From Vezdaea acicularis (Eukaryota), in NCBI GenBank assembly GCA_026025075.1, contig JAPEUI010000025.1:1-64000 (forward strand): a DNA stretch of 64,000 nt. Reading direction: 5' to 3'. Both the position numbers and the translations under genes were made by a program. The stretch's first letter is position 1. Every line of letters begins with the position of its first letter. The notes below the pieces were generated by a model. The model had not been told where the DNA came from and made no database searches. It saw nothing but the letters and a program-made list of their open reading frames with translations. Below are positions 11,038-23,856 of this stretch, piece by piece.

Positions 11038-12354
11038 CTATCCCGCTCCGAATCCATCCCCCTCCTCCTCTGCCCCGACCAACCTCCCCAACCAGCCTTC
11101 CCTCCCCTCCCAGACCATCCCGTCGACACTCCCGCAACAGCCTGGACCGACATACGTAGCATTACACGCACAAACACTCGCCTCCCCTCTCTTGCGGCGT
11201 CCAGCGCTCGCCGCAACAACCGCAATACCACAAACACCTGCCTCCCAGAGATCCCTCCCGACGCGATTGAGCAGACACCGACAGCCGTCTCCGACGCACT
11301 GAAGGCCATTGCAAGGCCCACCGCACGTGCCATCCACGCCCCTATTATCCGCCGCGAACCCCTGACCAAACGACGCGAGTCCACCGGCTCGACTCCGTGG
11401 CCGACCAAACGCCGCTCTCTCACTCTTCCGCCTCCGCCCCGTCTCCGCCGCCACGAGCCGATTCCTACTCTTCCGCCTCGGAGCGCGTCTGGTCCCCTCC
11501 TCTGCTCCTCCGGCCAGCACGGGCGCGGCCGTCGCTTGCGTCCCCAAGGCCGCGACGGGCTGGATGGTCGTCGTGTAGGAGACGCCGCGGTCGGGGAAGG
11601 CGAAGAGACCGATGAGGCGGCCGTCGCGGAGTTTATACGCATGGACGTCCTCGGCCGTGAAGCTGGCGACGACATCCCCGGCTTTGACGCCGCCCGTGAG
11701 CTCGTCGTCTTGGTCCGCGTCGGCGGCGTGCGCGGGCGGGATGCGGCACCGGCAGAGGAACTCGCAGCTCATCGCCAGGGAAGGCTGTTGATGGAGCACG
11801 GGGTCCGCGAGGGGCGGGGGTTGGCAGAAGACGGTGGATTGTACGCCGGGCCAGCCGCAGCCGCAGCCCAGGTTGCGGCTCTCGTAGCCTGCAGTGAATG
11901 TCCATTGGATCTTGCCGTTGTAAGCGCAGAGGGCGCGTAGGTCGGTATAGCCGGCTCGAGGGCGTGAGGGAGGGAAGGCGGCAGGGGAGGGGAGCAGGTC
12001 GAGGCATTCGATGTCGTAGGAGGTGTCGGCGGGGTAGTAGTATGGGGCCATGGGGGGTTGGAGGGGCGGCCCCAGCTGCGCGAGGTTGGAAAGGCCTTGG
12101 AGCGCCCAGGAGCCGACGGTCGAAAGATCGCTGGCATCTGAGTCGGTCTGCAGGGAAAAGGGGTCGTAAGGGTCCAAGGGGGAGATGTGGACATCGTCAA
12201 GGTCTTCGAGGTCGGCGAAGGCGTCGAAGGGAGAGAATGGCGTGGGGTCGGGGGCGATGGCGGGGAGGATAAGGAGGGCGATCAGGAGAGCGAGTGGGTA
12301 TGGGCGTACCAGCACAAGCTCATGGCGATGCTGGGTCGAGAGCCAGAGCATCAT
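11038..12354 (-). CDS. Hypothetical secreted cysteine-rich protein (~438 aa, no intron needed)
   Basis: Long GC-rich ORF. ATG 12354 is followed by a hydrophobic stretch YPLALLIALLILPAIA. Cys clusters LCA..GCGC..FC..CEFLCRC, CGGPC..C..CRC..C and CACNATYV..CC..G.VWE. Confidence 0.7.
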   Translation of the reverse strand: MMLWLSTQHRHELVLVRPYPLALLIALLILPAIAPDPTPFSPFDAFADLEDLDDVHISPLDPYDPFSLQTDSDASDLSTVGSWALQGLSNLAQLGPPLQPPMAPYYYPADTSYDIECLDLLPSPAAFPPSRPRAGYTDLRALCAYNGKIQWTFTAGYESRNLGCGCGWPGVQSTVFCQPPPLADPVLHQQPSLAMSCEFLCRCRIPPAHAADADQDDELTGGVKAGDVVASFTAEDVHAYKLRDGRLIGLFAFPDRGVSYTTTIQPVAALGTQATAAPVLAGGAEEGTRRAPRRKSRNRLVAAETGRRRKSERAAFGRPRSRAGGLASFGQGFAADNRGVDGTCGGPCNGLQCVGDGCRCLLNRVGRDLWEAGVCGIAVVAASAGRRKRGEASVCACNATYVGPGCCGSVDGMVWEGREGWLGRLVGAEEEGDGFGAG

Positions 12355-13365
12355 ATAACAACCCAATGGTGGGTATAGCGGACATGGCCAGGAAAGGAGA
12401 ACACTCCGCTCCCGATGGGATAAAGAGATACCGTGAGTGTATAAACAGACTTTCGCCCACAACGCTGTGCCACATGGCTTTGCGTCAGCTAGGAGAGAAG
12501 CTCGATGGCAATGAGAGAGATGTCAGCATGGTCGCATCGGGCCCATGTCAGCAGTAGCGGTAGAGCGCGGTGAAGATATACACACACTCACACGCATAAC
12601 CACAGAGACTTTCCCAGCCTTACGGTTATCCCCTCTTCCCGTCAATGTCTCCATCGGTGCAACGTCCGCACACTTCCGGACAATAAAGCGGAGAAAGCTC
12701 GCGAACAAGGTTTCAAGCCTTAGGCGATCCATCTGAAAAGCTGCAGGCACAGCTGCAAGGGCACGGACAGTCTTAGAGGGGAAGGTGCAGACCACGCCCA
12801 TCAGGATCCGCTATCTAACACAAAGTAGTGAGTGGAGGCCGGAGACTTTGTTCCTTCGTAGGAGGGCAGAATGAGATGAGAATGCACCATCGGCATCCTC
12901 CGGCCTGACCTCGTAGTATCTATATTCGTCCGGGGGGTTTGTCACAACTCTCAGCTTGTGAAGCCCATAACATTTCCGTTGTGGGGTATGAGGGATATGA
13001 TTATGTCAAAGCTTGCCGAGTTTCGCATGGGGTCGGATTCAGCGATCCTAAAAGTTCACTCGCTAGGAGTCTCGAGATAATGCTCGAGATAAGAAAGTAC
13101 ACCGGAAAGATATGCTCAACAGAAATCATACATGCAGAGACATGGCCAGATAGTGAAAGAAGTAGAAGGCCAAGTTCGCTTACTCATGAAAAGATTCGCT
13201 CCCACAAATATATGGTCATCGTGCATCGTCAAATTTCGTCAATGTTCGCGATGGGGTTGGTGCGGTCCGTAAAAGTGCCTCATGCCGAAAAGCTTAATGC
13301 CGCTAGGAACAATGCTCAAACTCTTTGCTTGTAAAATGGGCCGAATACCTGTCAGATTGCATCAC

Positions 13366-15044
13366 TCATTTCGCATGAAGCAAAAGCTCTTCATACACGC
13401 TGTCTGGTATCCTTGGCGCTAAGCTTAGTGTGAGCTTCTTGATATCAGTTGCCCGTAACGGAGGAAATGATCTGAGGACTTTCACTGGACTATTTCTTGG
13501 TCAGAGGAGGAGAACGTAAACGACCGCGGGCTCGCTTGCCTTGGACTTCCTAAGATTTCATCCCGAATGAGGATAAGCTGAGCGACGATACACAGGATGT
13601 TGAGATGAGGTCCCCAGGCGAAGAGAAAGTCCCATAGGTGCAACACCTCCGGAAGAGGGGGCGTGCACGCACACAACGTCAGGACCGACGGAAAGGCGTA
13701 GAGCTCAGCATGCATCCCTTTCGAAGACAGAAAGGCAGATAATTTAGGGTCGACAATAGCAAGTATCTTATCAACAAGCTGGATAAACGGAGCGTTAGAC
13801 ACCAATCACGAAGAATCAATATGCGAAAGGATTCTTACAGCTAGACCGCGATGTACGCCGTCCATGGCACCCCTCACGTAAGCTGGACATTGCTGAGTCA
13901 AAAATCGGTGAAATGCAACGAACGCTTCCGCTTCGCTCCGAGCCGCGTACAGGAAAGGGGCAGCTAAGACATTCATGCCCTGGACGTACGATCCCGGCTC
14001 CGCGACACCTGGCTCAGATCCTTCAGTCGTGGCCGTGCGGTCGCCTTTGAATGCACGGGGCTCTGCGTTGGAGCTTAGGGCTGAAGGTCTCGATGCGCTG
14101 ATTATTAGCTTCTCTTCTCTCTCGTCGTGCAGTTTCCAAGATATCGCATTAAGAAGCCTGATCAGGCTAGCCTCACTCACGCGGCGTCGAAAGAGCGGGT
14201 CTGTGGCCAGTGTTCGAAAAGTGTCGTTACGAATTTTGGAATAGGCAGATGAGGGCCCGCGATGTATCAAAGCCAGGTACTCGTCGGTTGCAAGGGGTGG
14301 AGCGTTGAGGAAGATCAGCCAGATGTATATCCGAAGTTTTGACTGTGACAGATAGATATTAGCCCTGTTCTATCACGAGCATTTCCATAGTCCACTGGTG
14401 AGACCACGCAGATCCATACAATCCTGTCAACCCCAGTGGCGCCAAATACTCCTAAGGGAGCTTCCAATCCAATGGCCAGTAGAACACTTCAAACTCACCA
14501 TTCCATCCCCATCACTCCCTACCCCGTCCATGAGCACCGAAATCCTCATCTCCTCGAGGCCCTTCAGCACGTCCCCATTCGGCGGTCCTTCTCGGAGGAA
14601 CCCCTCCAAGCTTGCCCCCTTCCCCTGGCCCCCCATCACTACCCCCCTCTTAGCGCCCATCTGCCTGCGCCGCTCCGAAGCCGTGGGCATGCCCGTTCCT
14701 TGCGCCATGACCGCAGCATCACTGTTCGATCGCGAGCGTCCATGTCGTGAGTTTGTGCCGGGCAAGATATTCTCGAGGTTGTTGTGGCGTAGCGGTTCTC
14801 TGCCTCTTTCTCTGTCTTTCTCTCGATGATACGAGGAGTCTTTATGTATCGAGCTAGAAACAGTCCTGAGTTGCTGTCGCTGCTGTGCAATGAGCGAGGG
14901 TGCGTTGGCGGCTGTCGAGAGTGAGTGAGCTGATTGGAATTTTCGGATCGTACGTTGCACCCGGGGTGAAGGGGGGTTGAGGAGGGAGGTATGGCCCGAT
15001 GAGGCGGGATTGGCAAACTGGGATCTTTTGGGGGAGGTTGCCAT
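13366..15044 (-). CDS. bub2: Bub2/Cdc16 TBC-domain GAP (spindle position checkpoint / SIN)
   Basis: KIRNDTFRTLATDPLF, YVQGMNVLAAPFLY, AELYAFPSVLTLCACTPPLPEVLHLWDFLFAWGPHLNIL, last exon VLRSFPPL...LLHAK*. Multi-exon; last intron is GC-AG (13539-13490). Confidence 0.93.
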
Positions 15045-15137
15045 TGTGGAGGTGGTTGCAGGATGTTTGTGAGATGAATGATGCAGCAGTGGCTAGATGA
15101 TAACAGATGCAAAAGAAAAGAAATCGTTCAATGCGTC

Positions 15138-15247
15138 ACGCGTGTAGTTAGGAGAGGCAGCGGCGTGAATGGGTAAAACTCCGGGCAGTGGTGAAAGGTG
15201 GGAGGTGTTCCCCGCCATTCACATTTTAAACGCGAGGTTTTCGCGAA
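15138..15247. promoter_or_regulatory. MCB/SCB-like cell-cycle boxes upstream of bub2
   Basis: ACGCGT at 15138-15143, ACGCGA at 15230-15235 and TTTCGCG near 15239-15245, about 100-200 bp upstream of the ATG. Confidence 0.4.
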
Positions 15248-15936
15248 TGTCAAAGAGGTGCACCCGGGTTATTCCAGCCACTCGCAATGGAACATTTCAG
15301 CACCTTTCTTTAGCATTCTTTTGATTGGGCCTTGAGGACTAATTATTTGGACATTTCGCGGAAATGATACGATCCCGTGGGTGCTGACCAAAATAGGGAA
15401 TATGTGGGACGACCGGTAAAAACGCAATTCACTATAGCAAACTCATATATATGTCATGAGATTTAATCTACTCTATTTGCGCACGCGCTCCAACACGTGC
15501 ACATGACTATTGGACTATATACAAGCTCCTGAAGAGCAATCACTCTCCATCACCCGTGCTTCAACGCACCACGAAACGGAAGGGTATTTAACATAGGAGA
15601 TCTCCGAGGAGGAGAGGTGAGGGTGTAGCCGCCACAAGAACAGTCCGGCTGAGGAATAGACATTAGGCAGGCCTGGGCCACAGGCCCATTATCGGTATTT
15701 CGAGGGGGGGAACAAAAGGGTTGTCGAGTTTTCGATGGTGGGAAGAACAGGTACAGTGAATGGAAAGAGAGCAAGGTGAGCAGGACATCAGATGTTGGAG
15801 AAAAAAGCCAGTAAGAGCCACCAAGGACCAAGCCGGAAAACACCCAGCGCCGTGAAATGCCATGCAGGAACTTTCAAGGAGTGTGGTATCCTCGCTGAGA
15901 CAGGAAATCGCTAAAAGACCAGGACCAAACCGTAGC

Positions 15937-18900
15937 TCATATCATTGGCGCGCCTCCAGGACCCCGATTCTGTGAGTGACCTATTGACTCGAACAGATGC
16001 GAAGGAGGGATGCGGTCCATGTTGCTGTGTTTATCGTACATCTGCGTCGGGGCAGGTACATAGCCTTCACGTTTCCGACGTATGCGTTCGAAGAAGATGC
16101 CGATGACAACAAGGATGAAGATGAGCGCAAGGGAGATGGCGAGTGCGATAAGAACGACAAAGCCCACGGCGAGTTGACCACCTGAGATATCATGTTAGTG
16201 AAGCATAGCAGAGATGTGATGGAGGAAACATACCATGTGTCTTGAAGAAATCTTGTTTTTGCGAGAAGAGGGTTGCCAAGCTCCCCGGAGAGTTGTCCGC
16301 TGTATTGGCCAATACGAACGGAGACACGTTAGAGCCATTGTAAAGCACAGCTGATACATTGCCGAAGTTTGGTAGGTTTAAGGCGCCAGTGATGAGAAGG
16401 ACGGTGTTCTTGTCCATAAGTGAACTCGTTGCATGTGATTGGGTCACCGAGAGCGCTTGAAGGCCTCGAATCTGCGTGTTCGGTCCAAACTGGTCCCCAA
16501 TGGAATGCCATGTGAAGCCATCAAACATGACCAAGAAAGCGGACCCATTGAGGGATGTGCCAGCGGCCCACCATTGAGACACGTCTGCGGTTGCAGGAGT
16601 GAGAGCCGAGACGGGTCCTGGAATGGTCGAGGCTCCAACGAAAGAAGACCACACCTTCGCCTTGGTATCGTACATGGCAACAGATGTACCCGAGTTATTG
16701 AGGGTAAGGTTTCCGCCGATGATGAGCTTGTTGTTACCGGACCACATCAAATCACCGACTTCTCCGCTGAGACCACCGCCAGGCGAAACCCACTGAGAAT
16801 TAGAAGTTGCAAAAACACACACGCTTTCGCATCCAAGGGAGCCAGCAGAGTCGAAGTTTCCACCAACATAGACATCCCCTGAGCCTCCAGGTTGAACGGA
16901 TATAGCATTGACGATCACATTCGGACCAGTCAGCGCAGGTGGCTGCCTAGCATACTTGGCTCCGATGAGATCATAGACTACTAAGCCGTTGATCTTAGTT
17001 CCACTGACTGTCCCTGTAACTTCGCCCCCAGCAAAGAGGGTATCGCCGTTCACTGCCAAGGTCAAGAAGACCGAGTCAGCATCAACCCCCGAATCTAAGC
17101 CAGTGACTTGATCAGAGTTTGATCCGTTTACAAAGATGAGGTTGTTGAGAGTGGAGCCGTTGGTGGCCTTTGCGGTAAAGTGCCCTCCTAGAATAGTCAC
17201 ATTGCGATTCGAATTCTCGTAAAAGTATCCGTCAACAACACCCGTGATGTTCCGGCCTTGCAAGGCTCGTTTGCGTGAGGAGCCACCGATGTTCTGCGGC
17301 TGAATCTTGACAGGCAGCGAGCTGATTCCGGAGGTTCCTTGGGTGGAAAGAGAGATTGCGCCACTGGCACTCAATGCCTGGGAAGAAAGCGATCCTCCAA
17401 AGAGCGTTATATTTGTACCTGGCACGGCAATTCCGACCTGCAATCGTCCGCTTATTGAGGGCACCTGGGCGTTCAGGTTTTCGAGCCAGTTGTGTTGGGA
17501 TGGAACCCATACGGCTAGGCCATCGACAGGTATGGCCGGGTTGTTTCCAAAGGCAAGGATCTGATCAAAGTCTCCACTAAGACCGATCACCGTCTCCGGC
17601 TTACCAGACGTGACATTGATGGAGAAGGGCACAATATCGCACACACGACCATTGACTCCTGCTCCAAGCGCTTGCCATTTCTTGTCTGTCGTTGAGTAAG
17701 TAGCGATGTTGCTGAGGTCGTCGACCCCGCCTTTACTGGTGTTGGTAAAGTTGCCTCCAACGTAAAGAGTTTTGCCATCGGCGTAGATAACGAAGACTTC
17801 GGCATTAAGCCCGCCGTCTGCGAGTGCCGTTGCATTTCCGCTGTCTGGTATCATCATGATATTTTGGAAATCGCTTGTCGAGAAGTTTCCACCAGCGTAC
17901 GTGACCTTATCAACGACTACTAGACTGTTGATTAGAGCGCCAGTGTCGAGTCCCATTCCAGCTTTGTCGTAAACGGAGGTTGAGAAATCTGTGCTGACGA
18001 CTTGCAGGCTGGGGTTGAATTCAAAGATCCCATTGAGCCCTCCCGTCGAGTTTAGTAATTGGAATCGGACCCTTTGAGCAACAAAGTTGAGGTTGCCCGC
18101 TTGGCCGGGGCTAGGAGTCAGGGTTACAGTTGGTCTGAAAGAGCCACTGGCAGCATCCACATGTCCATTGTAGATCAGGTCGTATTTATCGTAAAGGTTT
18201 GTCTGAAAGATATCAGATTGAATCGGAGGAGTTGCTGATGTTCCCGTAGCCATTTCTCCGGTAATTGATACTCTTCCTCGTGATGCACAGCTGTTGTCTT
18301 GCGCGCAACCTGGAGTGTAGATGGTAACACTATAATTGCCGGACTGTTTGATGTCGGGTTTGAATACTACTGAAGCGGAGCCAGATGCAGTAGAAGCGTC
18401 GGCAAAATTAGCCATGAGGAATCCTGAATTGCTTTGCTGAGAGGGAGATGACGCCCAGGGACCTGTAGCTGTGGCAGTGGAGGGGAAATCGGCTCCAGCA
18501 CAGGCGGGTTCATTGAATTCGTTGACGGCGAAAGCGTAGATATCTGATGAAACGAATTAGTGAGAGACCAGTAACACAGGTAGGATAGAGCTCTTACCAT
18601 CTTCATACAACGCAATGCCATTCAAACCTGCCCCAGGACCATACCAATCAGAGATGTCGAGCTGGAAAGCGCTCATTCCGATCACATTGATGAAATGGAA
18701 GTCCTGAGGCTCGGTGGTTTGAGGTAGTGGACATCTTGCATCACAAGTCCGGTTCACGCCTTGATCATCGGTGTAGGTAAGATTCATGATGCCGTTGATA
18801 GGCAAGGCGGTGAAGCGGAATGTCTTCGTCCCCCGACCGTCTTGATTCGTGTTCCATAACCTCAGCTTTGTAGGCTGAAAGCCGAATCCGAAGCTAGCTT

Positions 18901-19756
18901 TCCAAAAGCCTGCCACGCTATCTTGAACCAGCCAGGTATTTCCTGCGCCGCTCTGGCCAGATGTCTTGCATATGATGTTTTTAGGATCGCTGAACCCAGC
19001 GGTCGTAGTGCTGAGCCCGCTCGTGATTTCGGCAGACGAGAGATTGATGACTTGCTGGTCCTTCTTTGTGGGACTCGTCCCCGTGCTGTTCCCCAAGCCA
19101 GTGAACTCGCCGCCGAACAAAACCGTGCCATTTGATGATGCCGTTATGGTGCGCACGGGACCATTGAAACCCTCAAAGGGTAGATTCGTCCAACCGTCTG
19201 TCCCTACCCAAGCAATCGCGTTCGTCGAATTGGCACCGCGGAACTCTCCGCCCACATAAACCGAGTTTTGACTTTGATCACAGTAGAGAACGTTCACCTT
19301 CCCGGTCAGACCAGGAAGAGGGGTAATCTTTCCAGAGTTTGGATCGAACAGCGCTACGGCCTGAGTGTTCATGCCGCCGAGGCTGGTGAAGTTTCCCCCG
19401 ACGACGATTCCTGCAAGCTTTCCCGTAGACATGACGAACGGGCACATTGTCGTAATATACGCATCCGATCCGACAACCTTGACGAATTCGCCATTGGGAA
19501 GTTGGGTGATGATCGCCTGGCTACCATTCGCATTGAATCCATTCTCGCTCTGTTCGGTGTACTGGTAAAGCGAGATCGCGTCAAAGTCTCCCGCCAGGCC
19601 GACGCGACCGAGTTGTGACAGATCGAGATTAGGTGAAGGTACGGTGTTGAAGGTGAGGGCGAGCGAGGATGAGATCAAGGTCGAGAAAAGCGGCCATAGT
19701 CGTATGAGCGAGCTGGGACCGGCCGTCACTTGGCCCAGCAACGAGGGTATCCTCAT
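15937..19756 (-). CDS. rax2: Rax2 cortical polarity marker (type I membrane protein), 3 exons
   Basis: Signal peptide; PNLDLSQLGRVGLAGDFDAISLY; repeated YVGGNF beta motifs; PTKLRLWNT..GRGTKTFRFTALP; C-terminal TM GFVVLIALAISLALIFILVV followed by RRKREGY. Confidence 0.92.
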
Positions 19757-22066
19757 CACTCGCGCTGGAGACGACGGGTCTTGTCGCGAGATTTTGTCGT
19801 CAGTCCACGCTGAGGTCGAGGATGATGTGGTCGAGTCGGTGACGCAGATCCCCCCAGCTCATTCCTGTTGGCAGCCAACGTTCAATTCATTCAGGAGAAG
19901 CGATCGGGTGAGCTCCACAAGGTCGACTCGGCTCCGGACTCGGTATATCCTCCGACAATTAACCTCACACCCTTCGTGTCGTGCGACGGCGGAATCAAGT
20001 CGATTGAAACGAGTGAGGTCGACTGTTCGGGACGCGGATGAGGAGAGGAGAGGAGAGGGTGGAAGGGTGCGGTGGCAGGTACCGGGTGAGAGTGAGGGTT
20101 GCCGGCCAAGGAGCAAGATTGCAGCTTGGCGTGAGGGAGTGCGCGACTGGAGGCTTCCTCGCCGTAGCGTGCAGGCCGCCCGCGAAAATCGTGACTGCAA
20201 GCGGCTTAACGCGAGTTAGCGCGGTCGAGACGGCGGTCGGGATGGGGGCAATCCGGCGCTGCAGCTTCACCGTCGCTGCGGAGCGACGGCCGGAATGTCC
20301 AATGAGGATCCCGCCTGCCCTGCGCGGCGGCGTTCGATAGCGTGCGGTGCGATGATGGGAACGAAGGGCACGCTGGCCGAAAGAGGCCGTCGGGGCGCGC
20401 GACGGACTGCTTCACTCACCTTGACGTCGCTGATCAATGCAGCCTCTGCCCTTCTCGTCCGACGATTCAAGATCCTCTGTGCTGGGTGGGGATGACTGGA
20501 TGATGGTGTGAAGATGCAATGCCTGCACGCGAACTCGACGGGCTGCAGCCGTGTTCAGGCACGACTGGACAGTGCCTGGCAACAGGATCCAGCAGTACGA
20601 GCCGGCGTCCAAATAGAGTGACGGGTGGTGAGAGGGCACGCTGGATGTCCCACGTTGCCGTGATGCGAAACAGATTCGGGCGGTGGTGGTAAAGAACGTG
20701 AGAAGGCTTCGGCCAACGGTAATAAAGACTGCGGCGGAGTCAGCGATCAGCCCTGAGGAGTTTCGCCGTCACAACGCCGACGAAACTGAGGCAGATAGAG
20801 TTGCTGAAACCAGCCTCCTTTTCGCGGCCGGAAAAGCGCAGGCAGGCGGGACTCACTCACCAAAGGAGCGTGGGAGCGACGGACGCGTGTACGGCGCGCT
20901 GTAGTGGCCGACTGTGTTGGTGTTTCTGGCAAAGGAGCGACAAGGACAAACGTCCACAACCCCTCAACAAACGGAGATAACGTCTCGCGACAGAGTCAAA
21001 AGAGCGACGATGAGGATGAGGAGGAAAGGAGAAGGAGAGAGAGGGGAAGGCTTCTCGACGGCGTTGAGGTTGAGCTCGGCGTCACGAAGGGCTGCGCGGT
21101 TACCAGAAACACTACACAGGCCAGCATACGGGGCATCCGCGAAGGCGGCGTTTCGCTCGTCACCAGAGCGATGGCTCTCCAGCGCAAAAGCGGTCGCTCC
21201 CCAACCCACGGTCAGCCATCCTGACGATTCGCTCAGGGTCATGATCTCCCCCGTCAGACCCGCTGGAGGCCTCTCCGTCCACGCATGCTACTGGGTCGTC
21301 GCGGACACGGACCGACGCTGGGATCGTGTCCTCCCAGCTGCCGAAATTACCTTCGTAGCCGAAATTGGAGCGCGCAGCTGTCCGAAGATTGGCTGGAGGG
21401 ATGGCCGGGGAGTCGCAGCCATCTAATCACTCAGCACAGCATCTGACGGAGTACATCAAGCTGGGGCATCGATCACAGTAGGATCGATACGCTGTTCGTG
21501 AAGGATTAATTAATGGATTGAGATGGGGGGCAGAGCAAGCCAACGCATTGCCATATGGAGAGGTCGACATCACAGCCTCTCTCATGGAGAACCTCACGCG
21601 CGGACCAACTCGCTTGGCATACCGTTACCCCTGCTTCTCAGGTCGTGTGTGGACAGAAAGTCGGATCTTCAAGGACAGCGCCGTCGATCAATCGATGACA
21701 CGAAAATTAGATAAATTATCTACGTCGAGTTATGGAACGAAAAGGATTTTTCCGGATATATTGTGCACGTGGTACGTGGCCGTAACAGAAGAGGCCGCTA
21801 AGCCTTCGATCCCGCATGATCTGAAACTCGCCTGGAGGAGTTTCCCTGACATTGGACGAGATCTCAGAACCACCAAGCCTACGAACAGCAAATAGAGTCT
21901 GGTGACCGGATGACTATTTCACGTATTCACGTTGAAGCTTTGATGAAGCAAAGACAAGAGCGATCGAGTCCAAGTTCCTATAGCTCGAGTACCTGACGAG
22001 GCATATATCCCAAAAGCAAGATTATCTGATTAGACATGAAACGACACCCCCCCCCTCCCTACGCGC

Positions 22067-23558
22067 TTATTGCCTCTTCCTCCGCTTCACCTTCTTCTCG
22101 AGCACCACCACTTCCTCCCGCTCCCGCTTTACCCGACCCTTCATTTCGACCTCGCTCTTTGTCACCACCGTCTCCACACGTGCTGTCTCATCGTCCTCAG
22201 TTTTGATGAGCCCCTCTTCCTCCTTGATCTCGACCTTAGTCGAGAGGCGCTCGGAGAAGGCGCGGAGGTCGGCGGTGAATAATACCGAATGGGCCCATCC
22301 CGCCTCTTTGCCCCATAAGGAGCGGAAGTGGTCCCCGATGGCGTTGTATGTATCCTTGGTAAGGCTCTTGAACTTCCCTTTGCCGAATTTGTAGTCTTTC
22401 TGAGCAATCTGCCAGACTTTTTGAATATTTTGTCAGCAACGTGGGTCACCGTAGGACATGGCACGCGATAAGGTGTAACGTGATCGGTCCTTCATTCGTT
22501 CGTGACGTACCGTGTGTGTCAACAGGCACTGCTTCACCCCAGCCTAGACCCATCAAGCAGACGCAGTCAGCAACTTTAGGCCCGACTCCTTGAAGCTCTA
22601 GCAATTGCTCATGAGCCGTCCTGTATCCTTCTCGCCCACCATCTCTCATCTGCCCTGCAAGTCTCCGCCTGACCCCCAGTACAGGACTTTCTGGGTTCCG
22701 CAGGCTGTCCAGCCAGCCGGCCTCTCGTTCCTGTGCGACCATCATCGCCGTTTGGTGTATGTATCTCGCGCGATAGCCAAAGCCTAGTTGTCTAAGGTGT
22801 GACTCCACGTTTTTGCCAGTGAGTGATGCGGGTTGTGGGAAGTCATAGAACGGTTGGGAGCCAATATGCCCTATTAAGGGGCCGTAGTTGGTGCATAACT
22901 TCTCGACCTGTCCAATGCCATTAGCCCGCCTGACCACGTAACCTCGAGTCTGCTCCTAACTCACCATCTGCGATATCCTTATGATGTTATTGTTACTACT
23001 GCAGATGAAGCCGACCAAAGCCTCCCATGCGTCCTGTTTAAGTATACGAACCCCTGTAAATTTGGGGGCTCTTTTCTTGAAGTTCGCATCCGCAGATGAC
23101 CATTGCTCGTAGAGCTTTGTCAGATTGATGTCGAGGTTGAAGTAGTGATTGATGAGCGCTAGGGTATCCTCATCGGTAGGTCCAGCCTCGGCGACGGATG
23201 GAGGAGCAGAGGACGGAGGGGTAGGAGGGGCGACCGGCTGGGAAGGGAATACCGAGCGATAATGCAGATGTGTTGGATCTTGACGTAGAGACACGATCCG
23301 ACCGTGAAGTGCGCAAGACCTGTGATGACACTTTTGTTAGCAAGTCTGCTCCTATTCGAATTTGTGGTGTACCTTACCATATATCGTCTTCAGACTTCCT
23401 CCACCTGCATAGCCTGTAAGCGCGTGTTCAATCAAACAGGGGAGGGGAGTCAATCAATCTCACCGAAAAGATTGACCACAGCGGAGTGAAGTATTAATAC
23501 AAAGTTCCGTCAAGCTGACTGGCAGCTTGCGCCATTCACTAATCCGTCCTGCTCCCAT
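22067..23558 (-). CDS. ogg1: 8-oxoguanine DNA glycosylase/AP lyase
   Basis: ELCINTSLRCGQSFRW, LKQDAWEALVGFICSSNNNI, LGFGYRA, HhH-GPD motif LQGVGPKVADCVCLMGL..VPVDTH, GWAHSVLFTADL; several short introns. Confidence 0.95.
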
Positions 23559-23582
23559 TTTGAATGTTGAACGATCTCGGAA

Positions 23583-23609
23583 GACGCGAAGAGGCGCGAA
23601 AGTCGCGAC
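23583..23609. promoter_or_regulatory. CGCG-core (MCB/SCB-like) triplet in the ~300-bp divergent ogg1/U2AF65 promoter
   Basis: GACGCGAAgagGCGCGAAAgTCGCGAC, 25-50 bp upstream of the ogg1 ATG. Confidence 0.4.
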
Positions 23610-23856
23610 TCCATTCATTCTCCGAATAGCTTAGCGTGATCCTTCAGCCAATCAATTTGGCAGCGGCCGTCCAGCCTGGGACTTTTCGCGAGGCTCTTCA
23701 CAGGTATGGGGCTAGCGAATGCTATTATTCCAGGCAAGCAAACGTCACTCGCTCACTCGAGTGTATCCACGCTACGTACAGTAGATCAATCAGCTCTTGT
23801 TGCAGGTCGATCCTGTGTAGTCTGTGTCTGCACAAATCTGTTAACAGCTCGCCATC

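Noticed and set aside
10975..11940. Long antisense ORFs over GC-rich genes (also over U2AF65, erv46 and SF3B1)
   Set aside because: Shadow ORFs caused by high GC3 codon usage on the opposite strand.
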